From positions 1 through 38,632 of the forward strand of contig CALMNJ010000032.1 in assembly GCA_937868675.1 (NCBI GenBank): 38,632 nt of DNA, written 5' to 3'. Positions 34,781 to 38,632 of the stretch are shown here, one piece after another. The notes beneath the pieces were generated by a model. That model saw only the letters and a list, made by a program, of their open reading frames with translations. It ran no database searches and was not told the DNA's origin. Positions within the stretch are counted from its first letter, which is position 1. Every line of letters starts with the position of its first letter. Source of the stretch: an uncultured Bacteroidota bacterium (GTDB lineage Bacteria; Bacteroidota; Bacteroidia; B-17B0; Aurantibacillaceae). Made by a program: the position numbers and the translations under genes.

Positions 34781-34891
34781 GTCAATTAAACAGGCAACCC
34801 TGTTGAACCCATAAATTTATGGCTTTTACCTGAAATAAATCGAGTGCTTTTATGACCCTGGGAGTATTAAGCACTGGCGGTGAAATAGTTG

Positions 34892-35542
34892 CTATGGCGC
34901 AAGTCGCGCCATTTGCCAGCTGCCTTCAGGAGTTTGGTAATACGATATGCGGTCATGGAGACGACTTTTACGGCCCTGCCAAAACTCGTAATAATTGGCC
35001 TCAAGCATCCAACCTCCCCAGTAATGAGGGCGGGGAACATCTTTTCCTTCAAATTCCTTCTCAAAATGTTCTACGCGCTCCTCCAGTTCTTTTCGGGAAT
35101 TAAGCGCCGAACTTTGATTTGAGGCCCAGGCACCTATTTGTGATTCGCGGGGCCTGGAGCGAAAGTAATTATCGCTTAGATCAGAAGCGGCGATTTTTAC
35201 GACGCCTTCAATACGGATTTGTCTTTCCAGTGCCGGCCAGAAAAAATTAAGACAGGCATTTGGATTTTGGTTTAATTGTTGGGCCTTGCGGGAGGTGTAG
35301 TTGCCGTAAAACCAAAAATTTCCGGCTTCAAACTCTCTTAGATAAACCACTCGTGTGGAGGGTTTATTATTTGCCACGGTACTCAGCGTCATGGCTTGCA
35401 ACTCCGGAACCTTAGCTTCAACGGCTTGTTTCAGCCACGCCTGAAACTGCAAAAATGGATTTTTTTCCACCGTCTCATCATCTAGTGTTCCACGCATAAA
35501 ATCTTCGCGAAGCTGCGCAATATGTTTGTTGAGATCCTCCAT
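34892..35542 (-). CDS. pdxH: Pyridoxamine 5'-phosphate oxidase
   Basis: AMTLST, PS.RVV.L, SRKA, RQIRIEG, RP..SQIGAWAS.QS, EFWQGR.SRLHDR and RLAP. Confidence 0.96.
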   Translation of the reverse strand: MEDLNKHIAQLREDFMRGTLDDETVEKNPFLQFQAWLKQAVEAKVPELQAMTLSTVANNKPSTRVVYLREFEAGNFWFYGNYTSRKAQQLNQNPNACLNFFWPALERQIRIEGVVKIAASDLSDNYFRSRPRESQIGAWASNQSSALNSRKELEERVEHFEKEFEGKDVPRPHYWGGWMLEANYYEFWQGRKSRLHDRISYYQTPEGSWQMARLAP

Positions 35543-35547
35543 CCGTA

Positions 35548-35555
35548 CAAAGATA
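35548..35555 (-). promoter_or_regulatory. -7 promoter box (TATCTTTG) 5 nt upstream of the pdxH ATG
   Basis: Minus strand TATCTTTG-TACGG-ATG. Confidence 0.65.
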
Positions 35556-35706
35556 ACGCTTCAAGGGACATGATAGAGTGGTGACTGAGGGCGATTTGGA
35601 GCGAACCCGGATTTTTCTAAAGCCGGTAGCGTATCTGATGTGTTATGCGAAAAATTCAGGCTGGCAAATCATCTTGATTTTTTGTTCCAACCACACAAGC
35701 CTGCTG

Positions 35707-35725
35707 TTTGCTCCACTGGAGCAAA
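35707..35725. repeat. 19-bp palindrome TTTGCTCCA-C-TGGAGCAAA
   Basis: Perfect 9-bp inverted repeat in the largest intergenic gap of the window. Confidence 0.8.
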
Positions 35726-35829
35726 TTTCTCATCCAATGAAAAAGAAAGCACTATAAATTGAGTCTGGCCTTTTGAGGAAGTTATGTCACTGTTCCAATA
35801 CTTCGAAGCTCTGCTAAGAGGTGTTCTAT

Positions 35830-36318
35830 TTAAAAAATCAGGTTTCTCCGGCTCGGAAGTTCATGTGGCTCTATGGTTTGCAGCTGAACAATTTCTTCAA
35901 TCTTCTTGAGCCTCTCGGCAATCTTAAATTGCACATGGTGAAGGTCTTCACCTTTCAGCAAAAGAAAAAAATCAGTTTTCGGGAGTTCTTTAATAAGCTT
36001 AACGGTTTCTTGTACATCGTGGCCCGAAAAAAGGCCGGCATTCTCGTTTACCGGAACGCTGCTTGGCTCCTCAAAATTACTGTTGTTTGGAATAAAAAAA
36101 TACTCGAGCCGCAGCTCTTCATCACTGAAACGGTATAGCGAAAAACGAAACACTTTGCTGTCTTTAAGGCTAAAGGGCAGATAATCGCTTAAAAACAGGT
36201 TAATGCCCACGGCATCGTTGATCAGGCTTACCATCCGATATTGACTCTCGGAGCTCGTAATGCCAAGCAAAACAAAGTCGAAGTCGTCGTCGCCCGTATT
36301 TAAAATGTGTTTAGCCAA
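35830..36318 (-). CDS. IPExxxVDY family protein
   Basis: DFDF.L.GI.S....YR....IN...I.L, FS.Y.F and LIKELPKTDFFL. Position directly after rnc fits this Bacteroidota family. Confidence 0.75.
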   Translation of the reverse strand: MAKHILNTGDDDFDFVLLGITSSESQYRMVSLINDAVGINLFLSDYLPFSLKDSKVFRFSLYRFSDEELRLEYFFIPNNSNFEEPSSVPVNENAGLFSGHDVQETVKLIKELPKTDFFLLLKGEDLHHVQFKIAERLKKIEEIVQLQTIEPHELPSRRNLIF

Positions 36319-37051
36319 GCTCTTTTTGCAGTTCTTCCAAAGTTAACTGCGCCGCTTTTTGTTCGGCTACCCGTTTACTAAAATTTTCGAACCGCGTGTA
36401 AGACTTGCCGTTAATGATAACCTGCACTACAAATAACTTATTGCTGCCATGTCGCTCTTCGCTGATGAGCTTGTACTCAAGACTTAATTTATTTTTCTGG
36501 CAAAAAATCTGGAGCTGGCTCTTGTAATCAAGGTTTGTGTTTATCAGCTCGTCCAGATCCAAATGCAGCTTAATGATTTTATTGATCACAAACTTGCGGG
36601 CGGTATTATAGCCCATGTCAAGATATATGGCACCGATAAAGGCTTCAAAAGCGTCGCCGTAAGCGCTCGAACGCGTTTTTTCATCTTTGGTTAAGCTGGC
36701 CTTCAAAAGCTGGTTAAAACCAAATTTTAAGGCCAGATCCCGTAAGCTCTGACCATTGACAATTCTGCTCCTTAGTTGTGTAAGAAAGCCCTCGTCTTTG
36801 TATGGGAACATCTTGAAAAGGTATTCAGCAATGATGGCCCCCAGCACCGCGTCGCCCAAAAACTCGAGCCGCTCATTACTTACCGGTGTACCACTACGCA
36901 TTGCCGATACCGAACTATGTAAAAAAGCCTGATGATAAAGCCCAAGATTGCGGGGAGTGAAACCGGTGGTGACTTTAACCCAGTGTTTAAATTCTTTATC
37001 GCTTTTTGTGTTTGTAGCCCCAAGCAGCGATAATAGTTTTTTCAGCGCCAA
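36311..37051 (-). CDS. rnc: Ribonuclease III (TTG start)
   Basis: NERLEFLGDAVLG, EGFLT.LRS, GDAFEAFIGAIYLD and dsRBD DYKSQLQ...SKR.AEQ.AA. Confidence 0.96.
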   Translation of the reverse strand: MALKKLLSLLGATNTKSDKEFKHWVKVTTGFTPRNLGLYHQAFLHSSVSAMRSGTPVSNERLEFLGDAVLGAIIAEYLFKMFPYKDEGFLTQLRSRIVNGQSLRDLALKFGFNQLLKASLTKDEKTRSSAYGDAFEAFIGAIYLDMGYNTARKFVINKIIKLHLDLDELINTNLDYKSQLQIFCQKNKLSLEYKLISEERHGSNKLFVVQVIINGKSYTRFENFSKRVAEQKAAQLTLEELQKELG

Positions 37052-37058
37052 AGCAGTA

Positions 37059-38312
37059 TCAGGAATTGAATTTTTTAATCACAACGGCAGCGTTGTGACC
37101 GCCAAAACCAAAGGTGTTGCTGATCGCAATGTTCACCTCGCGCTTTTGCATCGCATTAAGCGTGAGATTAAGGCGGGGGTCTATTTCAGGATCTACAGTA
37201 GTGTGATTAATAGTAGGGGGAATAGTATTGTTTTTAATGGCCAGTATGGTGGCGATGCCCTCTATGGCGCCTGCAGCACCAAGCAAATGGCCCGTCATGC
37301 TTTTTGTTGAGCTTATATTCAGCCTGTAAGCATGTTCGCCAAAAACATTTACAATGGCTTTTAATTCGGCTACATCGCCTAACGGGGTGCTGGTTCCGTG
37401 CGTATTGATGTAATCAACTTCGGATGGGGTTATACCTGCATCTTTCAATGCGCGGCTCATAACCAGCGTAGCACCCAGGCCCTCAGGGTGCGGCGCTGTA
37501 ATGTGATGAGCATCCGCGCTCATACCGCCACCAATAATTTCGGCATATATTTTGGCACCGCGGGCCAGCGCATGTTCAAGCTCCTCAAGGATTATAGCGC
37601 CGCCACCTTCGCCCAGCACAAAACCATCGCGGTCTTTATCGTAAGGGCGTGATGCCTTTGAAGGTTCTTCGTTGCGGGTACTCATGGCCTGGCAGGCATT
37701 AAACCCACCCATACCACTTTCGTTAATCGCAGCCTCACTGCCGCCAGCAACAATCGCATTGGCCTTACCCAAACGAATATAGTTGTAGGCATCAATGAGC
37801 GCGTTGGTTGACGAGGCACATGCTGAAACTGTAGCGAAGTTTGGCCCCCTGAAACCAAAACGCATCGAAATGTGCCCGGCACAAATGTCGGCAATCATTT
37901 TAGGGATGAAGAATGGATTGAAGCGCGGGGTTCCATCGCCTTTCGCAAAGGCAAAAGTTTCATTTTGAAATGTGTCCAGACCACCTATGCCACTGCCCCA
38001 GATAACGCCAATCTCGTTTCTGTCAATGCCTTCAGCCTCCAGGCCACTGTCGGCAACAGCCTGAGCACTGGCCGCAATACCGTACCAGGAATAAGCATCA
38101 AGCTTGCGGGCTTCTTTTTTATCAAAATAATCTTCCGGATTAAAACCCTTTACCTCGCAGGCAAAGCGGGTCTTAAATTTGGATGCGTCAAAACGAGTAA
38201 TAGGTGCAGCACCGCTTACGCCATTAATCAGGTTAGTCCAATAGTCGTTCACGCTATTGCCTAACGGGGTCACAGCACCGAGTCCTGTAACTACTACACG
38301 TTTTAACTGCAT
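37059..38312 (-). CDS. fabF: 3-oxoacyl-ACP synthase II
   Basis: RVVVTGLG, SACASS, DRDGFVLGEG, NTHGTST..GD, SSTKSMTGHLLGAAG and NTFGFGGHN. Confidence 0.97.
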   Translation of the reverse strand: MQLKRVVVTGLGAVTPLGNSVNDYWTNLINGVSGAAPITRFDASKFKTRFACEVKGFNPEDYFDKKEARKLDAYSWYGIAASAQAVADSGLEAEGIDRNEIGVIWGSGIGGLDTFQNETFAFAKGDGTPRFNPFFIPKMIADICAGHISMRFGFRGPNFATVSACASSTNALIDAYNYIRLGKANAIVAGGSEAAINESGMGGFNACQAMSTRNEEPSKASRPYDKDRDGFVLGEGGGAIILEELEHALARGAKIYAEIIGGGMSADAHHITAPHPEGLGATLVMSRALKDAGITPSEVDYINTHGTSTPLGDVAELKAIVNVFGEHAYRLNISSTKSMTGHLLGAAGAIEGIATILAIKNNTIPPTINHTTVDPEIDPRLNLTLNAMQKREVNIAISNTFGFGGHNAAVVIKKFNS

Positions 38313-38320
38313 GTGGGAAT

Positions 38321-38560
38321 TTAGTTTTTAGCGTTGGCCTCAATGTAAGAGATAGCATCGCCTACTGTGCTTATTTTTTCAGCCTGTTCGTCTGGAATGG
38401 CAATATTGAACTCCTTTTCAAATTCCATGATAAGCTCAACAGTGTCAAGAGAGTCAGCGCCAAGATCGTTGGTAAAGCTGGCTGTTGGGGTTACTTCTTT
38501 TTCATCAACGCCTAATTTATCAACGATGATTGATTTTACTTTGTTTGCAATGTCAGACAT
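38321..38560 (-). CDS. acpP: Acyl carrier protein
   Basis: [20 protein letters not shown]. Confidence 0.98.
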   Translation of the reverse strand: MSDIANKVKSIIVDKLGVDEKEVTPTASFTNDLGADSLDTVELIMEFEKEFNIAIPDEQAEKISTVGDAISYIEANAKN

Positions 38561-38585
38561 TATTTTTAGATTTAAAAATTTGCCA

Positions 38586-38593
38586 CAAAAATA
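38586..38593 (-). promoter_or_regulatory. -7 promoter box (TATTTTTG) for acpP-fabF-rnc
   Basis: Reverse complement of CAAAAATA, 25 nt upstream of the acpP ATG. Confidence 0.65.
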
Positions 38594-38632
38594 AAAATAT
38601 CGGTGCTAAAACAAAACTTTAACTACAGAATT

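Noticed and set aside
35588-35612. GGGTTCGCTCC on the minus strand resembling a tRNA T-loop
   Set aside because: No cloverleaf can be built around it.

Overview
Gene-dense, mostly housekeeping chromosomal segment of a Bacteroidota genome. The assignment rests on T9SS C-terminal sorting domains, TAnnTTTG -7 promoter boxes, A-rich start regions without Shine-Dalgarno sequences, a split atp operon and the acpP-fabF-rnc-IPExxxVDY gene order. Contents in order: T9SS cargo protein (5' partial), RsmB-family methyltransferase, rhodanese, cysQ, an M43 protease flanked by two hypothetical exported proteins, mqnC, a T9SS repeat adhesin, MmcQ/YjbR, an exbB-exbD-exbD-tonB-small membrane protein-PstS-like-TonB_C-TPR cluster followed by dprA, an EVE protein, atpBEFHAG, a desaturase, a photolyase-amidotransferase-methyltransferase operon, lysS, a lipoprotein, ribosomal protein THX (missed by the ORF track), YkgJ, riboflavin synthase, TlpA, an agmatinase-family gene, pdxH, IPExxxVDY, rnc, fabF and acpP. 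I see no CRISPR array, tRNA, rRNA, transposase or phage gene. I cannot demonstrate a new system. The best candidate for an uncharacterised machine is the ExbB/ExbD2/TonB-PstS-like-TPR(-DprA) cluster. Other signals: an exact 35-nt repeat shared by the two exbD genes, a 14-bp palindrome carrying two opposed -7 boxes before dprA, a terminator-like hairpin after atpE, an A13 tract in the photolyase and a probable ATT start codon. All product calls come from motif recognition by eye; no database searches were run.
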